NCBI GenBank assembly: GCA_010093705.1
Contig: MU006090.1
Coordinates: forward strand, 1,267,817 to 1,331,816
Length of the DNA stretch: 64,000 bases
Source: Patellaria atrata CBS 101060
Lineage: Eukaryota
Direction: 5' to 3'
Shown piece by piece: positions 1-11,162 of this stretch; position 1 is the stretch's first letter; every line of letters begins with the position of its first letter. The position numbers and the translations under genes were made by a program. The notes under the pieces are model-generated. The model was not told the origin of the DNA, did no database searches, and was given only the letters and a program-made list of their open reading frames with translations.

Positions 1-438
1 ACGGTATGTTTATGCAGCGGGATGACGGGAGTTGTTATCAAGCTAGACCAGGATCTATCTGGTGTATCCAGGGCAAAAGCTTCCATATCTTGTGGCTTGT
101 GTGAACAGATGAACAGCTAGAACTAGGGTAGCCACATCCTAGTTTCAACATCCACTCTACCTGGGCTCCGTCTCGCTGCTTACGGTTGCTGAGGATTTCT
201 TATACTGAACATACTTCACGTTACGAGTCGTCTGACTTCATGTTACTCTCCACGATGAGCATAGCGTAGAGGGAATCTGTATTCCAAGGTCTCACGGCGT
301 TGTGATGCTCCATAACCTCCCAGCACACGTCCTCGCATTGTAGCACCGCAGTCAATCCAAGTCACTTCAGTATATCGGAATTAAGGACATCAGATGATAT
401 GGGCAAGCTCTGGCCCCGGTGGACAGAGGACCTGCACT

Positions 439-1501
439 ATGCCGATCACGGACGAAGAAGTAGCTCTAGCAGCAATTACATCGCTAGCTGCATTTGACGA
501 CAACCAGAAGAGAGCCAAAATGCACATCGACGAGATACTAAATGATGGGAACCCGTTTGTGGACATACACAAGCTATTTGCGCTCTACAATACCCTCTAC
601 TTCCGTTCTCTGCTACTCCCCAGCGTTGAGGTTAGCTGGTCCAAGAGACTAACGCTGTGAGCACTACCTGATACACTACACATGGGGTTATAACAATAAT
701 TAATAGCAAAAAGCTGTGCAGGAATCTGCGAGCTAGTCAAAGACAACCAGGGGAAATACAGACGAGTACGTTTGAAACTCTCTGAGCCGCTGCTAAAATA
801 CAGGCCGCGAGAGGATACTATAAATACCCTACTACATGAGTAAGTATCCTACATAACCCAAACACCCAGCAGAAATCCCGTCATTCAAATTTTCTACATA
901 CTTTCCCAATTTAACATCCCTCAGAGCAATCCACGCCTACTTCTTCATTACCACCACTGTGGCCCATTCTCGCGGCGACGATGGCACTGGGCATGGCTCT
1001 GGATTTCTCCTTCTCGCAGACGCAATCAACAGCCATGGGAGCTATCTCATAACCGTCTATCATACATTCCATGACGAGGTCGACAGTTATAGAACGCATA
1101 TCTGGCAATGCAACGGACCATGTCGGACACGACCTCCCTACTTTGGGTTGGTTAAAAGAAGTATGAATCGCGCACCAGGGAAGAGCGACTCATGGTGGCA
1201 GAAGCATCAGGAAGAATGTGGAGGGGCATATACAAAGATCGCAGCCCCTGAGCTGACAAAGGAGCAGATCAAGGCCCTGAGCGCGAAAGAGAGGGCCGGG
1301 CGACAGAAGAATAAGATCGATGGTTGGGTGAAAAAGAATTTAGTAAAAGTTACTGTGGAATCGGCGAAGCGTACCCGTTCCCTTAGCCCTGGGAGGAGTG
1401 CGGTGGCTCACAAGATTGCTGTGGTTGCATGTCCCATATGCGATGCTACAGTTGCGGAAGATAAAATCAATGAGCATCTCGATACTCCCCATTCTCCCTG
1501 A
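439..1501 (+). CDS. SprT-like (Spartan family) DNA-dependent metalloprotease with C-terminal UBZ-like zinc finger; 3 exons (439-656, 714-839, 925-1501)
   Basis: Spliced product reads LFALYNTLYF...VEVSWSKRLTLCAGIC...LSEPLLKYRPREDTINTLLHEAIHAYFF (HExxH split by intron 840-924), then HGSGF, YRTHIWQCNGPC, PPYFGLVKRSMNRAP, WWQKHQEECGGAYTKI and a CPIC...INEHLD tail. Confidence 0.9.
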
Positions 1502-2615
1502 ATCCGTCTTAGATTGGTTGCTCTACGGCCCAATTACGTCCTAACGACAACAGTTCACCTCCTGATCTCGGAATACCTTGCACACACACCAAGGGAATAC
1601 ACATTTCGCGTAAAGGGTTGATGCCGTATGATACATACGTTGCATAGGTTGATCATGCACTCCATTATGAGGGCGCTTTCACTTTATGGTGCGATTCCAA
1701 TGCAAGGAAGAACTGCCATCTATCTGTACATCACAATAAAAGCCGAAGAGGCAGCAGATTCGGTTGCAACCTAAAAGCATTGTGCGTACAGCAACCGTAC
1801 AACCACCTAGAAATCCTCGTCGTAACGGAGCGAAAGATTCTAAGTTACGGTAGTGGTACAACATATATACCACAGTCGCCGACTCTCCAGAATATAGTAT
1901 ATCCGACTTAACGAAGCTTCGGGAAATTCTGGAGGTATTGAGGGGCTCTGCGAATAAATAGTACTTTGATAACCTGCGGATTCGCGAAATCGTACCGACC
2001 GTTGCATTTTCCGCATTTTAAGCGTTTGTGAATAGCCGTCCCTGGTAATTCGTACTTTCACTCGTACACGAGTATTTTGCCTTTCTCCTTCCTGATGTCA
2101 CCTCTACTCATCTTATAGCAATATATCTTGTCGACCGTAGATAGGAAGTTCCACATTGTAGCATTAGATCGTTGATGGGACATTATCTTTAATTTTGCAC
2201 ACTCCATAACTCCATCGGAATAGGACTCGAAATCACTCTACTTCCCCTACACCTCAGGCTCCTGAATGATAAATCGATCGAGCGAGCATAATGACACAAC
2301 TCTTCTCTATCGTATGTAGCGAGTACAGTAAAGGAGCATATCCTTTCCTTTCTCTCACTGAAGGAGTAAAGTTAAAAATTGATGAGCGGATTAGCATTGT
2401 AGCGAGTGTAAATGTGTAGCTGAGGCATCCCTTGAAGCCAAGACCGGATATTCGAAGCTTTCCATTGACTACTACTTGTACTGTACACCTCAGTACCCTC
2501 CACTACCTCCACTACTATATAGCGCATGTAGCTCTCTTCTCCTAAAAAACCGTATGATACATCCAATTCTTTGAATCTCTCTACCGCCTGAACTTACAGA
2601 CTTCAAATTGACAAC

Positions 2616-3856
2616 ATGGGGGCCTCAAATCCACCAAGTAATGAGCCTTCCAGGAGCTCCACTCCGACTACTGCAGCTAATTCTAGATTTACTTCGCAGC
2701 AGGCGACAGCAGAAGACGTTCTAAAGTCGCAGACAGTTGGTCTTGTAAACCTCTCCGAGTTTCGCAAAAGACGAGCCGAAGCTATAGAGCAGAAAGCGAC
2801 TGAAGCCTTCTCTACACATAACGATTCTGGGTCCAGTACTCCTCGCGACGGGTAAGTTAGAGCTATCCTCAATCTCCAGGTCATCACTGATGTTCAAAGT
2901 ACAGTGCATCAACCCCTCAACCGAAAAAGAAGAAGCGCAAAAATGTGAACAGAGGGAAACTGTCTTTTGATTTGGATGAGGAAGAAGAGGGCTCGAGCAC
3001 GTCAGCGGCACCAACCCCAAGATCGAATACTCCGGACGATAGGGGCTCAAAATCTATCACTGCGGAGGAAGAAGAGGCTACGCTACCGAGACGCCTGGGT
3101 CCAAATTCTAACGTCAAATTCGTACCTAAAGCTGTGACAAAATCTGCCCTCCTTAAAGAAGCACAAACAAGAGAGCAGCTCCGCAAGGAGTTTCTCGCGA
3201 TGCAGGAAGCAGTTAAAGCGACCGAGATAGTCATACCCTTCGTCTTCTTTGATGGTACGAATATACCCGGGGGAATGTGTAAACTGAAGAAAGGAGATCA
3301 TATTTGGCTCTTTTTAGACAGAGCAAGGAAGGTCGGAGCGGAGACTGGGGTCGGCGGCGGAGATAAAAGTAGAAAGGATTGGGCTAGAATTTCAGTCGAT
3401 GATCTTATGCTTGTTAGAGATGAGATTATCATTCCACATGTGAGTTACTACTGTCTCTTTCCCTAGTTAAAGCTGACCCAGGCTCAGCATTACGAATTCT
3501 ACTACTTCCTTATCAACAAGACGGTGGGTTTCAACGGCCGGTTATTCAATTATTCACCTGATCCCACAAGCACTACTATTTTACCAACGGATAAGTCAAC
3601 CAATCTTACAGGCTATGATCCACTGTCCAGACCAAACAAGGAAAAGAAGAAAGCCGTAATAACAGCAGTTGACTCGGAACTTGAAGGGTTCAAGGATGAT
3701 CCAACCGCAACGAAAGTAGTGGATAGGCGGTGGTACGAACGCAACAAGCATATATATCCTGCAAGTGTATGGGAGGAGTTCGACCCAATGAAAGATTACA
3801 GTAAAGGGCTACGGAAAGATCAGGAGGGCAATGCTTTCTTTCTCGCTTCGAGGTAG
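2616..3856 (+). CDS. XAP5: FAM50/XAP5 family nuclear protein; 3 exons
   Basis: [89 protein letters not shown]; introns about 2852-2904 and 3439-3488. Confidence 0.92.
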
Positions 3857-4082
3857 AAGTTTGGAATTCATTAAAAGGAAATATGAATTCCTATCAACTG
3901 TTAGGCTTGCGCTAGAAAAAATGTGTTAAGTTGGAACGATACGTTAATCGATGCACGAAACTAGCGCTGTACACGTGATCGTGGGCGTGCCTTCCGTCTC
4001 TTCTTCTCTTCTCTTCTATGTACGCGCAACCCCTCACTTTTCACTTGATATTGCACTTCCATTCCTGTCAGACCATCTCAAC

Positions 4083-5403
4083 ATGCTTCTCGATCAAATG
4101 GAGTCTCCGCTGAAATGTAACGTTCTTCGTTGTCGTTCCCTTGTGACTGAGCGTGCCGTCGTGACTACATGTTGGTGGGTTTATGACCATCTTCACACAA
4201 ATTCATACCTATCGCTAATATAAGTCGAAGCCATATATTCTGTCTTGCATGTTCAGATGATATGGGCTTGTCAGGATCTAACAATCACAACCGCACTTGT
4301 CCCAACTGTAATAGTCCATTGAACCAACCAGACGATGCCGTCGTTACTCATCTCAATCCATCAGAGGATTACAAAACTAGCGTGCTAGCAGGATTACCAC
4401 CTTCCATTGTGATGGAGATTGCCGGCAGAGCCTTGAGCTTTTACAGCTATCAGGTAACTCATGAAGTGTTAGTATCTTTCACACTGTCTCGGACGTCTCC
4501 AGTCTAACATATTCGCTCAGAAAGTATCAAGAGCATATCATCAACAGCCTCTCAGACAAGCACGCCACCTTGAATGCCCAGGTGGACACGATGATTTACG
4601 ATGCCAACTCGGCCATTACCAGTCTCAATGATAAACTGAATGGCTAGTCCATACTCTTCTCTAACGACATCCAAATGCTTACTTTAGCTTACAGGGCTCC
4701 AGCTTGAAAAGAAGAACTTGGAGCAAAGGAATCATGAACTGGTGGAAGCCTACAAGGAGAAGAGCAAAACCCACTCTCAGACGCAAAAAATGTACCAGAA
4801 CCTCAAGGCTCAGGTCTTAAACTCACAAGCTGCGGCAGCCGCAACGGAAGATATAGAACATCACCTGCAGACGGCGACTGCTCAGCGTTTCACAGATCGG
4901 ATTGGGCTTGGTGTTATAGGCACTTCAACGTATCCTCAACCTTCTAATATTCGGGAATTACACAGTCGTGCTAGGCAATCTCCTATATCGCAGGAAAGAC
5001 CTTACCGTAACGTACCAGATATAACTGGTTCGTGGAACAGCCAGTCTCAAGTACCCAGGACCTTCAGCTCTCGTGAGAAACCTGCTCGTCCCTTACCACG
5101 GAGTATCACTAACGTCTATTAGAAGATGCCCCAATTGGTCTGTCATCAACGCCGTCGCAACATCGTACTCGTCTTCCCGTTTCTCAGTTCAGCTCACAGA
5201 GGAGTGGCGGGGTGTCTCCAATTGCAAATACAACCCGTCGACCGCTGGGCAATCTCGACCCAAACATCCCTCCGCGGCCCAATGCGAACGGGTACGGTCT
5301 GAGTGCTGGAATGAAGGTTGGCAACCAGCCCCAGAATCTGCTGCGTCGAGCTCAGTTCGGAGCTCAGGGACTCGGTGGCACTGAACATCTAAGTGGTCGC
5401 TGA
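4083..5403 (+). CDS. HEI10: HEI10/CCNB1IP1 meiotic RING E3 ligase; multi-exon
   Basis: LKCNVLRCR...AVVTTCCHIFCLAC...RTCPNC...LNPSEDYKTSVLAGLPPSIVMEIAGRALSFYSYQ followed by a coiled coil and low-complexity tail; start may be 4083 or 4098. Confidence 0.88.
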
Positions 5404-5926
5404 GTTGATTGATACATCGTACTGCACGGTTCGGTGGATGCAAAGGCTTCTGAACTCGCTCGCGCAGAACTTAAGGGGGGTATGCTCTTACATGTATATA
5501 GTTTAAACTAACTGCACATAATATTGGGGTCTCTACTATCCCGCCGAGTTGAGATCAATTCGCACCATGATCGATCGTGACAGTGACCTAAGCTTTAGAG
5601 AAGCCCTAGTGGGTCAAAAGTCCAGATCATACATACGTAACGCGTACTCGTTCATTGGAGTAGCATCGTAAATATGAGGCGCAAACAATCCTAATGCTTT
5701 TGCAGCTACGTACTCTCGGGTCGTCTTCCTCCGGAAGTACTTCATATGCCATCAATGCTGTGACCACAACCCCACCAGCTCTCCCTTAAATACATTTCAA
5801 ATCATCAGCATCGCAGCAGGCTACTTTACGTATAAGAGTCTCATCAACGCGCCCGTAAGACCAACCTACGTAAATCGAAATACGCTAAAGCCCAGCCGCG
5901 AAGCGTTATAACCCCCATCCTCGCAA

Positions 5927-8487
5927 TCATTTCCGGGTCCGCGACGAGCGGGTAGTAGGCGGAGGCGGCTCGAACGCATCGTCATCATCAGATATCTCAT
6001 CATCACTCTATCCACAAATTAGCAAAGGAAACACCCTTATTTTGGAGCGAAAAAATGTAAGATTTCACACATACCGGCTCCTGCACCCTCCTCCTCGGCG
6101 CCAACTGACTCCTCTGCGTCGGAGCCTGCGAGAAATCCAACTTCGCCTGTTTCGCTGCGGGCGCTCTGGCAGGAGGTGCACGTTTAGCGGGCGAGGCCGT
6201 CCGTCTCGATGCCGATTTCGTGGCCGGTTTGGCGGCAGCTTTGGACGTAGCTTTAGAGGCGGATTTCGCCGGCCCCCTTTTGGGCTTGACGAAGAGGGCT
6301 TCTTCGCTTTCTTCGTCGTCGTCGTCATCGATCATGATGACATCGTTGTCGTCCTCTTCTTCGTCCTCCGATTCCTCGATTATTTGTTTCTTGCCCCTGC
6401 CTCCTTTCGCTGCAGGTTTCGCTGTAGGCGCTTTCTTCACGGCGACAGTGGTAACAGCTGTCTTGCGGGTTGTTGCGGCGGCTTTGCCTCTCCCTCGAGC
6501 GGCGGCTGGTTTGGGGGCTATGGAACCTAGGTCCTCGTCCTCGTCCTGCTCGTTCTCGCCTTCAGAGTGGATGAGCGCGCCGGGATGATCGGACCAGTTC
6601 CCATCTATGTCGGTATCCCAATTATCGGGGTTGGGTTTCAGCCTGGACCGTTTCGTCTTCTTCAAATGGCCTGCGGCGAAGAGCTCTTCGAGTTTCGACC
6701 TGTATTCCTCCATTTGCTCTGCGATGTCTGCCTCTTCTACTGCGTCCACTTGTAGTAGATGTTTGATTTGGCTTGACAGACTCTCGTTCACGAAGGTCTC
6801 CATGGCATGCTTGTCGTCCTTGTCGACGAACTGGCTGACTGCATCGCCGAAGGAATTTTGGGGGAGGATCGTGAGTGACTGCGCTGTAAGAAACTCCCGC
6901 ACGAGCCTTTCGACTTTAACCGTGTCGAGAGCAAGCTGTTCCATGATCGATTGCTCCGGAAGCTCTGCTCCGGACTTACTCTTTCGCGTAGCCCCGGTTT
7001 TCTTGCGGTAGAATTGTACGACGTCGTTCACATTCGCCACTCTCCCGACAAAGCGGTTGGAAAACCGCTGTGGATTTTCGCAATCATACTTGCCTTCGGG
7101 TGCGGAATATTCAACTCGAAGCCGAACTAGGGGAAGAGGAGGCTCTGACTCCTCCCCGCGGCCATCCCCTTGTGTTTCACGCCAATCCGTGTTCGCTTCT
7201 TCAATCAGATCTTCGACAATTTTCATGAGCTGGCGAGTAATTTCAGTACGGTTGTTCTCTTGTTTCCACAAGTCTTTGATGCCACGCGTTTCCGAAAGTA
7301 CAATCTCCTTCATGACGAAGGGTCGGACAGTCTTCAACCGGATCGCTTCATTCCTAAAGTCTTTACCAGTTATACTGAGAATAGCGACATGCTTGGAGAC
7401 GGCTTCCCCTGGCATTAGTGAGGTAGCGACGGATGAACCCGGTTGCATGACGTGAAAGCCCTTCTCAGGGTTGTATCGCGGTTCTATTAAGCACTCATGC
7501 TCGTGACCCCAGAGTACAAAGTCTATGAACTCGGGAAGAAAACTCTCAGGTAAGTACCCAGTCTCCGTATATGCATGGCTACTCCTGTTAGACTTGGAAA
7601 CTGGACTTCGTCGCAATGCTTACTGATTCTGGTGAACACTCATCAAGTTGAACCAATCATTCTTCTGCGTCTTCGGTTGAAAAAATTTGACCTTCCCGTC
7701 ACGAAATGTGCGGAAGAGTCTCTCGTCTCTAACGTTGCTCATGCCGTATAATGCTAGTTTGGTTTTCCCTTTCTGTAGTAGAACCGGTTTGATAGCAATA
7801 TTGTCTGACTCAGGGGTCCGACCGTAGTAATTGATTAGCCCAGATACCTGGAGGAGATCCAGAGCAGCTAGATGGCCTTCCTAACAATCATAAACTGTCG
7901 GTTCGCATATATAGAAGAAGTAACTTATTCGGATGGTGAACATACCCCTGAAGGATCATCATGGTTTCCGTGAATTGAGAAAACGGGTATTGCGACATTG
8001 ATATCAGGATCCTCGTAATTAAGGTGATTAAAAGCTCTAACCATTCCGATACCTATTAGCCGTCTGTAGGGCCCATGAAGCTCAAATCCCCCCAATCCCA
8101 TGCTCTTTCCAACCCCTCCCTCAAGAAGTGTACTCACCCGGCAAATACCTCCGACGGATCCCCCAGCATCTCCAGCTCGCACGGCTTCTCTCCCAAGCAG
8201 TTCATCCTCAGACTGCGCATGACCTGATACATGCTCTTTCTACTCGGCTTATTCTCGTGAAACAGATCACCAGCTAGCAGCACCATGTCTACGTCGCGCT
8301 CTTTTGCGAGACACATCACTTCGTGGAAGCTCCTCCAGCTGTCGTCGCCGCGGATAGGATCGCGCTCATTGAAACCCACATGTGAGTCGGTCGCTATGAG
8401 GATACGGATGGTATCTGCTTCTGGGAAAGAATTAGCTACGAGTGCGACGGAAATTACATTTATTTATGTACCTGTAAAGTCCGGCAT
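5927..8487 (-). CDS. MRE11: Double-strand break repair nuclease Mre11; multi-exon
   Basis: [82 protein letters not shown]; terminal exon [16 protein letters not shown]...RK*. Confidence 0.97.
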
Positions 8488-8850
8488 TGCGATGGTTTGA
8501 TCTGTGGTATGTTTAGGGCAGAGTAGATGAGAGGATATAAGGTATTTATTGAAATTGGGAAAAGAAAGAAGTTTCAAGGCAAAGTATAAAAAGGGACTAT
8601 AAGCATTGAGATCAGGCACCCACACCCGACACCTTTGTCAATGTATCCCTATATTTACCATCTCTATCTATCTTTGAAGACACTAGCCTCGTCTTGTAGG
8701 CAGCTCTCCCCGCACGCGAAGACGCTAAACGCGATGTCACACCTCTCGGTAGATCCCCGAGTTTCAGCCGACAAATTGATGCTGTAGAATTAACGATTTC
8801 CATCTACTTTCACACCGAGAATCACTGTCAACTATTCATCTGTCGGCCCA

Positions 8851-9403
8851 ATGCATCTAACACGCGCTCTCCTCGCGCGTTCCGTCTGGAAAGGTAAACT
8901 TCCCCCGCACACCACCCCCCAGCTTCGCTAAAACTCCTACTCAGGACCGCATATTGTCCCGTAGGTGACACCCCCAAAACCGTCAAGCACATTGAGGTTC
9001 TCCCAAACCCATTAACTTCCTCCAATCTCCGTATTTCGTTTCAACCAACCATCGATAGTCTTCCAATCCAACGTCCCAAACCCGGCCAAAGGATTCCCCC
9101 GATCCGGACGCAGGCTCGCGCAGCCACCATCCTACCGAATTTCGTGGGCCTGAAGTTCCAAGTTCACAATGGGAAGAACTATGTCGATATTACTGTGACG
9201 GAGGATATGGTGGGGCATAAATTGGGGGAGTTTGCTATGTGAGTTTTCCTCCTTTATTTAGGGGTTGGGTGTGAGGGCGAGGACAAGGAGTGGAAGGTGG
9301 AAAGGGGAGGACAGAGTCGTTTTTAGTGGAGATGTTTATGAGGGCTAATAGTGGTGATAGGACGCGGAAGAAATTCACGTACAAACAGACGAAGAATAAG
9401 TAA
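8851..9403 (+). CDS. RSM19: Mitochondrial ribosomal protein uS19m; 4 exons including a 16-nt micro-exon (8945-8960)
   Basis: Manually spliced: [94 protein letters not shown]19 signature GHKLGEF. Absent from the ORF track. Confidence 0.93.
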
Positions 9404-9767
9404 AGGATGTCGGGAAGAAATGGAAGACTTGGGAAATGGGCCATTATTGCGAAGGTATATTCGTATATTCGCGTGAGAGGGTTGGTACGCAGGTGGCGAG
9501 TAGATGGGTTGAGATGAATTAGGAAGAGGCACCGTTACAAATAGTTGCATGACACGGTGTTGGAATACCATAGATGAACTTTTGTAACCCTATTGTACAC
9601 TACAAGATGGTGGATTATACCCATTGATTCAAGTCTCTTGCAAGAGATGATTCCAGACTTGTCTGCTCTGGACCTTATTCCCACAATTTCTAACGCCATA
9701 AAATGCATAATTTCTCAAATAGTATCCTTCTGAATATTCGAGCCCGAATCCCAAATTCGCGTTCCCA

Positions 9768-10618
9768 TTACCGATAGAACTCACCCCTCTTAACATTAAC
9801 CCCATACTCTCCCACCGCCATCCCCAAGTCCTCCATCGTCAACACCGTCCTACCCTGTCCACCACCCTGCCCACCACCACCAAACCCCGGTCTCTGCACA
9901 CCCAAATTACTCTGTTTCCCCGCCGCTCCCTTATCCTGTCCAGCAGTGGCACCCGGTGGCGCCAAGGTCGCGGCCACCGCACCACCTAGTCCGCCCATAG
10001 GGTTATTGGAGGTCGTGTTTGAGGAGCGAATGCGCGAATATTGATATGCATCCGCGGCGATGTCCGCAATAAATTTTTGGGTTGCAAGAGCGAGGAGACG
10101 TGCGAGGGGGAGAGGGGTGGCGGGGGGTGGCGGGAGGCCAGCGAGGGTGAGGTAGTAGGATGTTACTGCGTCGGGGATCTATATCAGAGAATTAGCATTA
10201 GATCTCACAACTCCTTTTTTCAACCCAATCAACTGAGCTTCCTATCACACTTGCAAAGTATAGGTCCATGCATCGCAGTGTGCCAGTCGCAGGCCGCATA
10301 TGCCCAGCGTAAAGGAACATCGACACGTACAATCGGCGCATACTCATCCATCTTTCCCAAGAATTCCCTCAACGTTGCGTCTTTCTTTACTGGAATGCGC
10401 GCCTCAAGCGCCTGGCTCGCACTTATGCCCTCCGGGAGTCCCATAGAATCACCACCCGTCACCGTTCCTCTCCTCAGTGCATCACCCGCGCCATCAATCT
10501 GCGGAGGCGCCTGCTCGTTCACCATCGGGTCGATATCCGGGTCCAGCTGGATGTCTTGGACGTGGTGGTCGGGATCGGGTTGTGAGTTAGCGTTGGTAGA
10601 TGTGGTCGGGTCGGCCAT
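9768..10618 (-). CDS. TAF10: TFIID/SAGA subunit Taf10; 2 exons
   Basis: [24 protein letters not shown]...[25 protein letters not shown]...[26 protein letters not shown]. Confidence 0.95.
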
Positions 10619-11162
10619 GTCTGAGGTAGTAGCTGTCGGGTCGCGTGTATGCAGGTGGTGTTGCTTGGTAAGAGGTTGCTTATTGGTAGACGAAAGTCAG
10701 GTGAGTAGTACGAGGTATGGAGTATATTGATTTCTTGGGATCCGGGGATAACGTATTTTCTGGGGATAAGGGGTGGTTATTGGATGGAGAGGTGAGGTAC
10801 GTAGAGGTCTTGAGGTTGGTGATGCTCCGAGGTTGGGCCGGCGGAATGTCTTCTGTGCTTCCTTGTGAATTGACAGCACATGAAGAGCAATGACTGCTAT
10901 TGAAAAATCATAGGCAATGATAATCAACATACAAGCAATCCATGGTATCAGTCATCATCTTCATTACGTTACGTACAACATGCGATCTACTCGGTGGCCT
11001 GAAGCCGGGTATCTATCCAAACAAACACGACTCCGTGCCCGCTTGTCCGCTGTGGAAGAGAAACGCTATCCAAAGTATTACCATCAAATCATAGTAACAA
11101 AACATAGGAATCTTCGTTATCAAGTTTACTTGGTTAGTCGGCACTCTGCAGTACCTGTTAGT

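Noticed and set aside
1..150. AACTAGG...CCTAGTT inverted repeat and a TTCAACA end suggestive of an LTR fragment
   Set aside because: No matching start with a target site duplication inside the window.
1680..2570. Possible decayed gene between SprT and XAP5
   Set aside because: Stop density is about that of random sequence and no protein motif is recognisable.
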